DNA of 63,405 bases, the filler included, from Dimorphilus gyrociliatus (taxonomy: Eukaryota > Animalia > Annelida), in NCBI GenBank assembly GCA_904063045.1. It is 6 parts of 6 records of this genome, joined end to end, with 100 filler letters (N's around TTAATTAATTAA, not from the genome) between each part and the next. Parts side by side here need not be neighbours in the genome. Positions count along the whole stretch, not along the records: positions 1 to 15,618 come from CAJFCJ010000231.1; 5 more parts are not named here. One strand, 5' to 3'. Position 1 is the first letter of the stretch. Every line of letters begins with the position of its first letter. This document shows, piece by piece, positions 1-13,400 of the stretch. The notes beneath the pieces were generated by a model. The model was not told the origin of the DNA, did not search any database, and was given only the letters and a program-made list of their open reading frames with translations. The position numbers and the translations under genes were made by a program.

Positions 1-525
1 TTCTCTCTTGTTCTGTAAATACTTCCTTCTCTCAAATCTTAGGAGAACTATCGGTTCCGTAAGATAGAAAACTGATAAAACTGCATTTAATAAACAACAT
101 TTATCAGAGACATTCTAAAAATTATATTCTAAATGATGAAATGTAATTTCTATGATAAAAATTTCATTTTAAAGGGGTTTGAATAAAAAAGGTAGAAATT
201 TTGTCCAATACCTGTACTAAGGACACTTAACCATACTAAATTCCAAAGAATTACTCTTAATAACTCTTTTGTTAATTTAAAATCTAGTTGTCAGCAATAA
301 AGAGCATGTGAATAATAGACAAAACAAAGCCATCATTTTTTTAATATTTAACCTAAAGAAAGATTAATTAAAGAAATAATTCAACTGGAGACAATAATTT
401 GTTAAAATACTTAAAATTTAAAATATTTAAATAGTATTCTTGACATTTTGCAATTCATTTGTAGAAATTTTGCTATACGTTAGAAAAGCCTGTTTAAGAG
501 AGATATAACTTAATCTTTATACAAT

Positions 526-1404
526 ATGAGATTTAGTCTTCTTCTACTATTAAATATTCTATTTTCTACAAATGTCTTTCCAAGTGATTATTGTAAAAAT
601 AATATTATTGGGATTTATGACGAGGATAAATTCCCTAATTCAGCATTTAAAGCCTTTCATCCATATCGAGAGAATCTTTTTCCTCATGACATAAGAATTG
701 AGAAACTACCGAAACCATCTCGAACCTGGTTTACGAATAATTATACTTCTGGTGCAGTACAGATAGATTTAGGTTCAATTCTCTCTTCCTTTCAAGGTCA
801 AATATTGTTAATAAAATGTTTACTTGCAGGTCGAGTCTATGATTTGTACGGAATTGATTTAATAGGATCATCTTATCAGGATCCAGGTGGTAATCTAGAG
901 ATATACTACACATCAACATTTCAAATACAATACGGAATGGAGGAAAGGTCATTAACCTATTTGAAAACGGGACCGGTCGAAAACGGCCATAAATGAAATA
1001 TTTGAAAGTTAGATTTCAGCCTGGGAAATGGTTAGGAGGAATAAGATAACTGTTGATATGTTCTTAGAAGGGTCCCATCTAAGGGTTAGGGGTATTCAAA
1101 AAGCTTAGGCAAAAACAAGGGCTGGGTTAGGGTTAGGGTAAAACCATAGATTTATGGCCGTTTTCTACCACATCCTTTGAAAACAAATGATAACATTCAT
1201 GTAAGGAATTTTATTTTCAAAACCAATAGATGTATATATGATATGTAAAAAATGTAAACAAACAGATATTTCAAGGTTCATCAATTGAAGAATATAATAT
1301 TATTAAACATATTAATTTTCCACATAAGATTACAACTAAAATTTTTAAACTTTTTATTAAAAGTGGAAGTTTTGGAGCTGTTAATCTAGAACTTTATGGA
1401 TGTA
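526..1404 (+). pseudogene. Secreted discoidin (F5/8 type C, FA58C) domain gene; exon 1 (526-1200) interrupted by a MITE, exon 2 1266-1404
   Basis: Signal peptide MRFSLLLLLNILFSTNVFP. FA58C motifs: W..NNYTSGAVQIDLG, YGIDLIG, YYTSTFQIQY. Removing 969-1184 gives ..TYLKTNDNIH|gtaagg (donor 1201), which splices in phase 0 to aacag|IFQGSS..AVNLELYGC|gtaagt. ELYGC is the canonical domain end. Confidence 0.8.
969..1175. mobile_element. Mutator-type MITE (207 bp) carrying TTAGGG repeats
   Basis: Inverted termini GGT(C/A)GAAAACGGCCATAAAT (975-994 vs 1150-1169). Perfect 9-bp flanking duplication TTTGAAAAC (960-968, 1176-1184). Internal GGGTTAGGGTTAGGG. The Mutator assignment rests on the 9-bp TSD and G...C ends. 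Confidence 0.8.
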
Positions 1405-2562
1405 GTAAGTTAATAAGATACTTTTATTCATTTCAACATTCGATTCAACATTAATCAACATTAGTTTTAGGCCTATTGTAGTCTTTTATTTTATAATAAC
1501 TTCAATGAAGAAACGCGGGATTAGTAGTAATTATTTTATAAATATGATGGTTAACGCTCCTTAAGTATCATTATCAGCTATATAACCATTGAACATTAAT
1601 CTTAAATTATTATTCTTAGATAATTGTATCATTACTGCACCGGAAGCGTAGCCTGAATAGTTATTAGCTGGATTGCTTGAATAAAATATTCTAGATTTTT
1701 GCAATCCGTTAATATCGATATAGACTGTTAGTTCGTCCACACTTTCCGCACTTGGTAAGTTGAATGCTACTCATAGTAGAAGAGTATCCTCTCTGTATTC
1801 AAGAACTTTTTTTCAAGACTATAACCAAAGAATGATATATAAAAATCATTAGCCAAAGTCCTTTTAACATCTGTATAGTAAATGAACGATAATTGGTTGA
1901 TTGATTATTCAAGCAAACTACACGCCTCGTATATCCAAAAAGCTACATTTTATTCCTCTATAATCACTAGTATTGTCGTGAGAGTAAAACGCGTTGGATT
2001 GATTATAATCCAATCCAATTTCAACCTTATCAGAGATTCTTACTAGAAAAAAGGATGAATATTTATTAAATTTTCAATAATTTGGCAAACTGCCAAAAAA
2101 AAACTTACAAGATTTTCTTCTTCTCATAAAATATTCACCTTTATCACAAAAGTATTTCATATCTTTTATTTTTGTTATAACTCTATATAGAGTGTTGTTG
2201 GTAGATTTCTTGTACAGTTGAAAAATGCTATGGTAGGTTGTCAAGGCGATGAGATCTTATTGGATAAAAATCACTAAAAAGGAATTGAAGAGTCACAGTG
2301 TAACAACAAACATTGAGATTCCTTTTTAAAGCAGGTTAAACAAAGAAAAGAATGATAGTTTTGGCAAGTTTCCAAACCGGAACTAGATGAAAAAAAATAA
2401 AGAAAACAAATTTTCTTCCTTTAATAATTTTTTATTTACAATTGTTTTTTTTCTCCAAAACTAAGACCGTTGTCCGTCGAGTTTGTATTGTATTTTGCTG
2501 AATCATCAAAAAACAAAGTACCATAATAGTTAATTCATCGCAAAATCTGTAATACAGTATAT

Positions 2563-2850
2563 CTAACCAGAATTTTTATCGCATGGTCTTACTACAGAAT
2601 GCAATCCATCAAAATTCATCATTTTGCAAAAATTATTCCTATCTTCAACATTTAATTGATAATAGACAACGAAATATTCATTCTGCAAAATTTTGCTGTA
2701 GACCTTTAACATTCCGTATGATTTTATTGAATCTGAATGAATTGTTTGTAGACTATAATTCAATTGATTGCTGTCAAAAATATCTTGATATTTAATTCGA
2801 ATAGAAGAGAATGTACTGCAAAATAAATTTAAAAGAATGAAAAGTTTCAT
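2563..2850 (-). CDS. Signal peptide plus SRCR-like first exon of an unknown secreted protein
   Basis: MKLFILLNLFCSTFSS leader. FCKMMNFDGL resembles ICNNMGFDY (15128 ORF) and MCEKMGFDDL (39943 ORF). Confidence 0.4.
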   Translation of the reverse strand: MKLFILLNLFCSTFSSIRIKYQDIFDSNQLNYSLQTIHSDSIKSYGMLKVYSKILQNEYFVVYYQLNVEDRNNFCKMMNFDGLHSVVRPCDKNSG

Positions 2851-3047
2851 TTCCTCTTTAGAATGTTTATAAAGTTAAAGGAATGTTTTTGAAAATAATT
2901 AATATAATCATTTATGAACAATCCTGTTCAATTTTTCATTTAATCATGTTAATCTTCCATCCGATTTGAATGTCAAATTATTCTTTAGTGAAACTAATTA
3001 AGAAATATAAATATATAAAGCAATTGAGAATGTTGCCAGTATGATAA

Positions 3048-3935
3048 TTAGCTTTTGTTTTGTAAAGTGATATATACTGCAAAGTATTGCAGTAGTAGCA
3101 CGGAATGATAATAGAAAAGGCTGGAAAATATGAATAATCTCAAAAATAGAACATTCGACAAATTCTTTAATCTTTTAAATAAGAATTGTGAAAAGTCTAC
3201 TGATTGGTCAATCAATACTGAAAATTTATTCAAATCAGTAGTATTTATTTTGTAATTAATTATTACTTCATTCAAGATTTCTAATGTTGGCTTTTCTTTT
3301 GATAGTTCATTTATTTGTTGTAATAAAATCATTGTCTAAATTTTCTCTTTCTAAAATAGTCGAAAGTTTCTCTTGCTGTTCTTTTGTTAGTTTAATAAAT
3401 ATATTTTCGATTTTGAAAGTCTCTCTTAATATTTTCTATAAATTCACCATTTACTTTATTCAGTTTTTTAAAAAAATCTCTATCTTCCTCTTGTGAGTAG
3501 GATTTTAGCTTTGCTTTTCTCTTAATTTGCTTTTCAAGAGGCCAAATTTCACATGTCAAGTGATTTTCCTCCCAGCAGCTAGAACATAGACTTTCAAGAT
3601 TATGTGTTTCACAATATACTGAAAATTCTTTATCTTTTCGCATGTATTTTCGGGGGGAGACATTTCTTGGCAAGAAGTCGAAATGAAACATTTTCTTGGA
3701 CCTGCACATCCACTATTAGGAAGCCTGCCTTCTTCTCTACAGACAGGGCAATGAATTTGAAAGTTCTCAACTCTTAAACCATTTAAACATTGTAGACAAA
3801 ACACATGTTGGCACGGTAGCACTCTAGGGTCTTTTCAAATTCTTAGTTCAAAACAAATGGAACATTTTAATGATTCCTTATTCAAAAAGTACTTTCTTGA
3901 AGACTTGTTACTCTTGCTGTTTGATAACAAAAGAT
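3048..3935 (-). pseudogene. TRIM-like (RING, B-box, coiled coil) gene, disrupted
   Basis: CSICFELRI*KDPRVLPCQHVFCLQCL..CPVCR RING with an in-frame TGA at 3835-3837. B-box-like TCEK/DKEFSVYCETHNLESLCSSCWEENH is reached by a frameshift. The coiled-coil tail is spread over further frames. Confidence 0.7.
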
Positions 3936-4372
3936 CTGCAAATGCTGTTCAATTTTAGTGAAACAACCAACTGACCTATATAGTATACTGTATATTAAAT
4001 ATAGCCACACTTTTTTGGTTATAGTGTTCTTGCAACCATAGTCAACTAAAATTTATTAACGATTATTACTAAATTACGGTTGTTAATGGATCATATTGTT
4101 GCAATTCTTTATTTTATTGCATATAGAAGTTCTTACTCAATTTGCCAAATCTAGATCTGGCCATTTCAAGAAAAAAAACAGTTAATTTTCAATACTTTGA
4201 CTTATTTATTAACTGAAGAAAAAAAACACCAATAATTGATAAAAGTTTACAAGTGCTGGGTGATGGGAAATATTTGAGTTAATTGTCATAAAAACAATCA
4301 TAAATGGACCTAAAATTTTCATTCAATTGTCATTTTGAACAAAAAATCTGTGGTAGATGAAATCTGAAAGTG

Positions 4373-5416
4373 TTACTTGACGGAAGATATAGTTTTGGAT
4401 TTCGAAGATGTATTTGAATTCCTGCTGTTGGATTTTCTCCCGCAAAACATTGCTACGAATTCTTTCCTGAATCTATTGCCACTTATACAGTAAAAACAGA
4501 AATTAAGACCACTATTCGATTTAACTATAAGTTCTGTTACAAGACCAGCCTTTTTTAAGAAAGCAATGTCATTCGGAGTTGGAACTATGACGTATCTTGT
4601 TAAATATATAAATAATATTGCATTTGGTATTGAACATAGAATGAAATATGTTGAAATAATGAGAAGAATAATTGATGAATTTCGACCCTTGTTATCTTGA
4701 CTAGTTGTTGTAAGTTTCTTCCTGTTTCTACCAGCATTTATTAACGCTCTTAATATTAGAATATTTGTTATAAGGAGAATAATTCCAGGGATATAGTACA
4801 AAAACATAATATCAATTGTTGGAGAAATATCATTGGCATAAGTTTCCCACTTTTCATCCCGAACAAGACAAACAAATATTCCAGTTTCTCTCTTTTTTGG
4901 ATTAGCAACAATCAATAGATTGCCATAAATTAGGAAATATATTGAGTAGCCTATTATTGACATGACAGTTATTGCTCCAACTACAAACAGCGCTCGTTTC
5001 TTTGAGGCTAAGGCTTTTGCCTTTGTTGGAAAAAGGATGAACAGACTTCTGTCAACCGTCATTGCGCACAGTATTAATGAACTAATCTGCTGAGACATTT
5101 TGCTCACAGTATGCCTAGCCATACAAGATAAATATAAAATTAGCTGATCGGAAAGAACTCTTAGTTCAACTGTAAAAAACATATTTAAACCAAACCAACA
5201 TAATAGAACTGCAATATCTGCAATTGCCAAACAACGAAGATAGATTGACGTAGTAGTTTCGCTCATACCACTCTTTCCAAATATAATAAAACTTACAACA
5301 TTACCAAATATACCGGTAAGAAAACACAACGTTGAAATGACTTTTGCACCTATAAACCAATTCAAAGTATCCGGAATGACAGGATACATTGGATAAAAGA
5401 ATGTAGAATTATTCAT
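4373..5416 (-). CDS. Rhodopsin-class (class A) peptide GPCR, FMRFamide/TRH-receptor-like, single exon
   Basis: Seven hydrophobic segments. GIFGN (TM1), YLRCLAIAD (TM2), MTVDR (TM3), YFILCSIP (TM6), NSGLNFCFY..SGNRFRKEF (TM7/helix 8). First ATG at 5416 (MNNST, an N-glycosylation sequon). Confidence 0.9.
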   Translation of the reverse strand: MNNSTFFYPMYPVIPDTLNWFIGAKVISTLCFLTGIFGNVVSFIIFGKSGMSETTTSIYLRCLAIADIAVLLCWFGLNMFFTVELRVLSDQLILYLSCMARHTVSKMSQQISSLILCAMTVDRSLFILFPTKAKALASKKRALFVVGAITVMSIIGYSIYFLIYGNLLIVANPKKRETGIFVCLVRDEKWETYANDISPTIDIMFLYYIPGIILLITNILILRALINAGRNRKKLTTTSQDNKGRNSSIILLIISTYFILCSIPNAILFIYLTRYVIVPTPNDIAFLKKAGLVTELIVKSNSGLNFCFYCISGNRFRKEFVAMFCGRKSNSRNSNTSSKSKTISSVK

Positions 5417-5877
5417 GGTTATCTCAGAGGGAATAGGAGAAGGAGGAGGAGGAGGAGGAGAAGTAAGCAAGAAGCAAGTTTTGATGAATACTTGCTAAAC
5501 ATGACTTTATATACTGTTTAATATTCAGACAAACAAAAACTAATTAGCAATTAAAGTTTAGAGATAAAAGTAGAAAGCATTGTGTTTATGTTTAATTGGA
5601 GAGTGGCAAGTTTAAAATGATGAAGGGTGTGCACAGAACAGCCCTAAATTTACCTCTTCACAATACAAATATTAACAAAACTCAATTGTTTACCTGTTTA
5701 GAAAATCAGCTGACTTCAGACAACAGATTGAGCAGTCTCAATTTGTCTAGTAGTTCTTTGAAAATAGCTATATTGAGCAATAAGTGTTTGTTGTTTAAGT
5801 ATGATAAATGCTTAGAAAAGTAATGCACTAAAGAAATTCAGTTATATTTTGCCTTTTATACAAATGATTCTTTTTTT

Positions 5878-7440
5878 TTAATGTATATTTTGTATTTTAT
5901 AATGACATATTTTCATATTTTCTTCTGTTTTTCCAAAAGCTTTGATGTATACTGCAGGACAATAATCTTGTCCACAATTACAAGAATACTTGCATGATTG
6001 ATTGCTCTCTGCACCAATTTGCTGGCAACTATAGTATTCCCCAAGAAAAATTGGTTCAATTTGTAGACCTTTGGGAATGTATGCAATTACTCCAAAATTT
6101 TTAATATCTTTTCTTCCATCTATACAATTTTGTAGATTTTGGCCTTTTATTGTTATTTCAAAATTTGTCAATTCAGAATCAACAGATGGCCAAGGAATTC
6201 TCAAATTGAATACTTCATTAGTTAATACATCAATACAAGTTTCCGCCGCTTCATCATCCATTATTTTCTGCAATTTTTCATTCTTTATACTTTTTATATT
6301 GTCAAAAATTGGTCCATTTGTGCAAGAATGAGATTTGACATATTTTCTATTGTCTACGGAATTATAATCGCATGTCTCTGCTTCTGAATTCAAAATTCTA
6401 CATTGCTTTGGCCTAGAATCTGGAATATAAACAACCGTATCACAATCTGGCTGATTATCACATTTCTCCTTGCATTCTTTTATACTAGATACTGTTTCCT
6501 GATCTGCCAATCCACACTGGACCTTGAAGCAAGTTTGAGATTTTTGAGCCAGTCTGTGGTAGGTAACCTTGTTCACCAGATTGACTGTACCAGTTTCATT
6601 GCAATAATCCGATGATAGAATGCATAGAGTTGTTGACAAATCGTATTGAAAACAACTGCAATTTGAATTTTCTAGACATTTCCTTGAGCAATCATTCAAA
6701 TTGATTGCGCTAAAAACAGATAATGTTGATGTTGTGTTTGTAGTTCTAGTGACCTTTATAAATCCAGGTAGAAAAGTATTGTCATAGTAGCATTTACCAT
6801 TAACAAAACAACATCCGTATCCTTCGCAATGATCCTGATCTGTTGTTGATGATCCGCAAAGGGTGTCAGTAATATTTGTACACTGTTCATTATTAAATAC
6901 AGGATCTGTTGACAAAATATTTGATGTGAATGATTAATGAAATTATCAAAAAAGATATTGAAATGAACAGCAAACAATTAATGAAATATTATAGATTTAA
7001 GAATAAATACAGAAAAAATCTTTACCACAGATTCCATCTTTTCTTCCATAATAGGCAGCAGAGGACCATTTCTCAAATATTAAGGGATCAGAGTATTTAT
7101 CCTCATAATTCCGGTTACATATCGATGAAAGTGAATAATAATCAATGGATCTAGAAAATATTGAATTATTAAGCTTTAATAAATCAATAAATGAGAAAGT
7201 ATATAATTTAAAATTTTTTAGTTTTAAGAAAACTATTTTATAAAAAAATAAATGTTTACTTGCAACTAGATGTTTGTATACAACTCAATTTGCAGGCTTC
7301 CAGTGACACACCAGATAAACCGCCCCCAATATTGTGATTTTTTATTCTATAACCAGAGATTTCTTCCGTAAAACACACTGTGTGAATAGAAATGAAAGTA
7401 ATGATGATTAAAAAATGTAAAAAAATAAATTGTACTGTTT
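5878..7440 (-). CDS. Secreted multi-PAN/apple-domain protein with a trefoil-like Cys module; exons ~7258-7440, ~7025-7153, 5878-~6914
   Basis: Hydrophobic leader. PAN patterns SLEACKLSCIQTSSCK|SIDY..CN, NLNDCSRKCLENSNCSCFQY..LCILS and SIKECKEKCDNQPDC. C..YGCCF....CYY trefoil-like motif. GT/AG junctions. Confidence 0.75.
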
Positions 7441-8100
7441 TTCCTAGTAGAAACTCTATCCAATACAGCAAATGATGATATTATAAAAAAAAGATATGAA
7501 AAATTTGCAGTTTGTTTCATATTCCTATTCTAGATTTGTAGGTATGTTGTTGTATAGCTTACAAGGTGTGAGAAAATTAATTAACATCTCTTATTTATAT
7601 CATTCAAATTCTGTGCTTGTGAATTTTTTTTATTTTTTGTTCATATTTCTTTGATAAGAAAGCAAACAGTTTTCACTTTAAACCTTGAATTATATATGAG
7701 TATTGTTCATATCAATTTGAACAATCTATACAAATTTTATTTGACTGACTTTCTTATTATGTGAAAATATTATCAATAGATTTCTCTGAGAGAACAATTT
7801 ACGGTAAAAGGTAAAAATTTATGGTAAAAGGTCTTTTATTCCGCCAAAGTTAGCTGAGATTCAATATTATTTACATTAAAGCTTACAACTCAATTATCAA
7901 ATCAATATGAATTCTATGAAAGATAGAAAAGTATTGAATGAAAAAAGTTAATGTTTTTTTTTATTATATCTTAAAAGTCTTTGTATTTTGACATTACTAA
8001 TTCATATCTGTTATTGTGATTATAATTTTATTAAAATGGCGCACATTTTTCTATGAATCAATATTTTTAAAGAATATATTTTATACATTATGTGTTAGTG

Positions 8101-8274
8101 TGAGTCAGTGTGAGTCAGTGAATGTATGTCAGCATGTTAGCGTCACTTAAAAGGGGAGCTTGACTTAGCTAAAGTTAGGACAGTAGATAGAGAGCAACGT
8201 GGCGCAAACGTGGCACCACGAATGACTGTGCTCAGTCAAGCACCCAGTTAAGTGATGCTTGCAAGGGTATAAAA
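8101..8274 (+). promoter_or_regulatory. Putative promoter: two AP-1 sites plus TATA box
   Basis: TGAGTCA twice in 8101-8117 and TATAAAA at 8268-8274. These are followed by a short 5'UTR exon (acag|...|gtaaaa) and an acceptor ctctag just before the 8423 ATG. Confidence 0.45.
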
Positions 8275-8422
8275 GAGAATGAATGTATCAGAACTGTGTG
8301 AGAAAACAAAGAGTATCTTAAAATATAATTTATACAGACTTATCCACAATTCCGTGATACAGGTAAAAAACAAAATCTTGTAAAGTATAAATTATATTAT
8401 TGGCTCTAGAACAACAAAAGTG

Positions 8423-8800
8423 ATGGCAAAAAATCCAAAGAGGATGAGCACAACACAGAAATTGGAAACAATAAATAGGTGTATGAGACACACCAAGAGA
8501 GGCTTGGATGATGGTCACTACACAAAAGGACTGATAAAGATGAGATGCTTCATGACAAAGAAACTTCTGGATGAATGGGAAGAATCCTTCACTGGGGAAC
8601 TGGAAGACCATATAGCAGAAACTAGAAGAAAAATAAAGAAGTATCTGATGATGGTCGAGAAAGATTACTTGACTAAAGTTGATAACCCTCAAGGAATGAC
8701 TGTGAGTGACAAAATAAGAAAAGTAGATGTCAAAGCAGATATCAAAAACATATACACTGGAGCAGTAAGTGAGCCAAATTTCCTTTACGTTATTTTATAA
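8423..8800 (+). CDS. Small charged helical protein, unknown family (125 aa)
   Basis: Open frame, GC-richer than its flanks, downstream of a TATA-containing leader. No recognisable motif. Confidence 0.5.
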   Translation: MAKNPKRMSTTQKLETINRCMRHTKRGLDDGHYTKGLIKMRCFMTKKLLDEWEESFTGELEDHIAETRRKIKKYLMMVEKDYLTKVDNPQGMTVSDKIRKVDVKADIKNIYTGAVSEPNFLYVIL

Positions 8801-9427
8801 TTACCTTACATTATATATATTTTAAACCTAACCATATTTCATTACCCTTTATCATTTTCGATACGTTATTACTTATTATTACTGTTATATTTACTGGTAT
8901 ATACCTTAAATCACTTACGTGTCGTACTGGTAAAGTCAGTGAAAATAGCTTTAACCTACGTTCGCTACTCATTCATCGACTACAGTAATAATAATTAATT
9001 GTGAGATATTGAAATGCCGAGGAAAAGACAAATCAAAATGGTTGCTAAATGCGCCAATTCCCCAAACCGATCAACCAACAGACCAACATGGTCTATTCAG
9101 TGACATTCAAACAGAGATTGGATGATCAAAGAAGAATGTTTGAAGAGAAATTGGAAGCTGACTAATCAGACTTATGTTTGGCCAATGTTATAGCATTTTC
9201 TTTTAAGATGTACATGTATAAGTTGCATAAAATAACAGAGTTCAAGCATGTAAAATATAACCAAAGTTGTACACTATTCAAGCCAATCTGTATATATGAA
9301 ATAATAATCGTGAAACAGCAAGGTCTTATACATAGTACTAACAATCGACCCAAAATAACAATGAGGTATGCTTAAAATAATATTTTGTTTTTCAAAATTA
9401 TTAATCTAACACAAAAATAGTTTTAGA

Positions 9428-9652
9428 TTGCAAGTAGAAGAATTTAAAAATACAACAAAACTTATAAATTGCAAGTATTGTTTGTCAACAACGGCAAATA
9501 TACTATTAACGCCGTGTTTTCATATGAAGATTTGCTCTTGGTGTTTTTCAAAGCATAAATATCAAAGATGCCCATTGTGCTTCACTCCTATTGACAAATA
9601 TATCACTGGAAATAAATGGAATAGAGTAGAAACCCTAAGATTGCTTGCTTAA
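9428..9652 (+). CDS. IAP/MDM2-type C3HC4 RING exon or minigene
   Basis: CKYCLSTTANILLTPCFHMKICSWC......CPLCFTPI matches the IAP-type RING pattern. Confidence 0.75.
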   Translation: MQVEEFKNTTKLINCKYCLSTTANILLTPCFHMKICSWCFSKHKYQRCPLCFTPIDKYITGNKWNRVETLRLLA

Positions 9653-10406
9653 CTATGATCTTTTAATATTGTTTCAATTAAAAAATTTAATGAAATACAA
9701 TAAATAATGTATTAATTTTTCAAATGTTTAATTACATGATGCTTTTGCAGTAAATTTTTTACTAGTAGGCCTACATCAAAAACATTGGACTCTTTTCTAT
9801 CATCAATGATAATCTTCTTAATTAAGTAATTTTCAGTGGTTTTATCTTTAACAATTTCAGTATTAAATATTTGCAGTAAATCGCCATTCAAATAAACATT
9901 TCTCTCATTAATAAATTTTACAAATTCAGTAATTTTTTCAACTTTTTCTTTAATAAAAATCAAATTTGTACAGAGTTTATCGACTTTAAATTGTAGATTT
10001 TCTTCCAAAGAAATACAATGAAAATGTACTGTTATCACTATATAATTTTTGAAATGAAATATATAAAACATTATGTTTTTTTACTTTTTAAAAAACAAAA
10101 GAAAAAACTTTTTGATTACCAGGAAATATTTTTTCTTTGTAAGTTCTAATCTCATCTTCAATTCTAATTTGTTGTATTTAATGAGCAATTAGACAGAATT
10201 AGCTGATTTCTTACCTAAAAATATTCATGTATTGTTTGTAAAGTAATTGAATTTCTTTAAAATTAAAGAAATAGGGAAAATTTAAAAAACTGGGTACAAA
10301 TATTAAAACTTTTATGAATCTTAATTCAATTAATTTGTCATTTTCATTGAAAATTTCATCTAAATCAATATTTTTTAAGCATTAACTTAATAAAATATTT
10401 CTTTAA

Positions 10407-13400
10407 TTATTTTATATTTATACCATAAATTTGAGAAGAAAGAAAATTTATAATCAAAAATATAGCTTGAACAATAAAAATCATTTCATGTTTTGTAGGT
10501 TTTACCTTAAAAAATCTACTACCAATTGTGATAGAACTAGAAATAAAAACAGGTAAGAAAACTGATATTGCTAAAATAGTATAAATGAATGTTGATAGAT
10601 TTCTTCTGTATGTTAAAAATAACATAGAGCATTCATAGAAGATATTTAGAGTATTTCTCTATTTTTGTTTTGTTATTTTTAAACTTGATTTTCTTTTTAT
10701 TTTAAAAACCTACCTCATAGAGTAGTATAAGCAGAAAACTGAGTACTATAGATGTTAACAGAGGTGCCGAAGCTAATAATTTAGAAGATGTGACAAAATC
10801 ATGTTTTTTAATATACCTAACCATTACTTTTAAAATATAGAATTCAAAATTCAAAAGGTATAGAAATAATATTGAAAAATTAATTAAACAATGAGAAATG
10901 ATACATATGTTTGTCTTTATCCATAAATCATAATATTTTCCAACATTACCATTTTCAAAATCAACTAAATAACTTAAAACTATTAAGTGTGATAAAATAA
11001 GAAAATCAATAAAAATATAAAACATTTTTAAAAGAACATTTTGTCTTTTTAACCGTAATATATAGAGTAGAAACAGCTGTAAAACTAAAATAATGAATGA
11101 TGCAGCACAAATAATATAAATAAGATATTTTATAAAAGTGAATAATATATTATTTCTTTTAAAATCTCTTATTGAATATTTCCAAAGACAGTTTTCTAAT
11201 TTATTAAAACTGTTTGCATAATGACAAAATATTTTATGGCTAGTTTGTAAATATTTTAAATTTTTTAAATTTTTAAATTCACTCTTTTTTAATCTATGCA
11301 AAAAATATTTTTTAACATATAGTGATAGTTTTTCTAAATTTATCAAAGATGAAAAGATATCCTTTTCTATTAATTCAATTTCATTACCAATCAATTCCAG
11401 TTGAAATAATAATTGATTATCTTTAAAACTATCTTTATCTAAAAATTTCAAACCATTATATGATAATTTTAAATAGAACAAATTTTTAAAATTTTTAAAA
11501 GTTGAAATTGTTACTGATTGAATAAAATTCCAATTTAAATTTAAATAGTGTAAACTTGATGAATTGCCAGATATATTTGAAGAGAAATTCTTAAATTTAT
11601 TTCTACTTAGATCTATCATTTTTAAATTTTTAAATGTTTTTAGTAAAATGTTATTCAAATTCAAATATCCAGATGTTAAATTTAAACTTGTTAATTTGTA
11701 ATTTAAAGTATCATTATGTTTTGTTTTTACCTCAAAAGCATGATTGATTTTTAAATATTTTCCATTGAAAAGATTTTTTGGTATTGTATAATCGCACACT
11801 ATGTGAAATGGCGCTTTACAAGAGCAGTTGAAAGGACAGGTTATCTCTTTGCAAATTACTTCATCTGATCCAGATAAACAATCCAATATACCATTGCAAA
11901 CTTGAGATAGTAGTAAAAATTTGGTTTGATGATCGCATTTAAAGAAACCTTCAGGTTTAAATTGGTCTAGTTTAATAAGAAAAGAAAATACGAAAACACT
12001 AAAAGTAGAAAATATTCTTTTTGAAGATATTACTGCAAGATATTTCATCATCTCCTTCTAAACAATGCCATATACCATCACAAATTTGGTCAATTTGAAC
12101 ACAATAATTAAATTTTCTACATTTAAGTTCACCACATTGGCATTTATTTTCAATGGGACAAAATTTCAAATCATTAAATGGTGAGTGTGTTCTTGTTAAT
12201 AAATGACCGGCAGAGTTATATTTTAATAAGCATGAATATTTTTTTTGAAATTTATATGTATACACTAAAGTTTCAGTCACAGTATTGTTCTTGAATATAT
12301 TTGAATATAATTCTGTATATTTACAAGTATTTTCATCTTGTTGATACTTGCAATCAGCCTTCATATCACATTCATAAAATTTTGGAATACATTTCCCATT
12401 TGAACATTTTAATTGTTGTTTACCACAGACACCTTTTGTATTTTAGGTCTATTATTAATTATAAAAGCTATAGTCAAGTAAAATTCATATAACAAACCTT
12501 GAGAGCAATCTTCATCGCTAAAATCAATACAGTCTCTTTCATTATTACAAAACAATTCAGAATTCACACATTCATGATTTTTACATTCTCTGTAATATAA
12601 TTTACAATAATTTTATTGTGAGGGCAAAGGGGTTAATAACTGTAGTTGACACTTTTGTTACTTTTCACTCTGTTTACATTTTGGAAATGCTAATAAGAAA
12701 TTTTAATTTATAAAAAATAGGTAATTGATTTATTTTTTATCCGTCTTACAACAAAAATTTTCATCCTCTCCAAGTGGATAATTTGTAAAAAAATCACACA
12801 TATAATAAAGATTTATTAGATTTTTGGTTTTTGGATGAATGAGGCCATTTTGTTGATTTGAACAATTGTATTCATCAGTTTCATCAAAACAATCGATGTT
12901 TCCATTACATTTTAATGTTATACTTATACATATCTTATCAATTTCACAAAGAAAAGTAAAATTACTGCAAATCAATTGAGTAGTGTTGCATAAATTTATC
13001 TCTGGACTCTGGTATCTTGGATCTATATATGATGACAATTGATTTTAGATAGTTTTAGAAACACGAAAAAAATACAATTTCAATTTCTTACTAACCAACA
13101 TGACTGTTACAGAGTATATCTCTACTTGGAAATTTGTTGCAGTCATTATACAGAAATTTCATACTCTTTTCTTTTGTATTGAAGAAAATACAAGATGTTC
13201 CCCACAGGAAATTCCAATTGTTAATTACAACTTTTTTCCTTTTACTATTGGAGCACAAAAGAAGGGCGTCATTTTTTAATAGTATTGAAATAGAGAGAGC
13301 TCTAGGCCTACTTGATGGTAATCCAGATTTTTTCTATTAAATCAAAAGGTATGTTGTATTCATTTATAAAAATTTCATTATAATTGCTAAGTTGTGCTTT

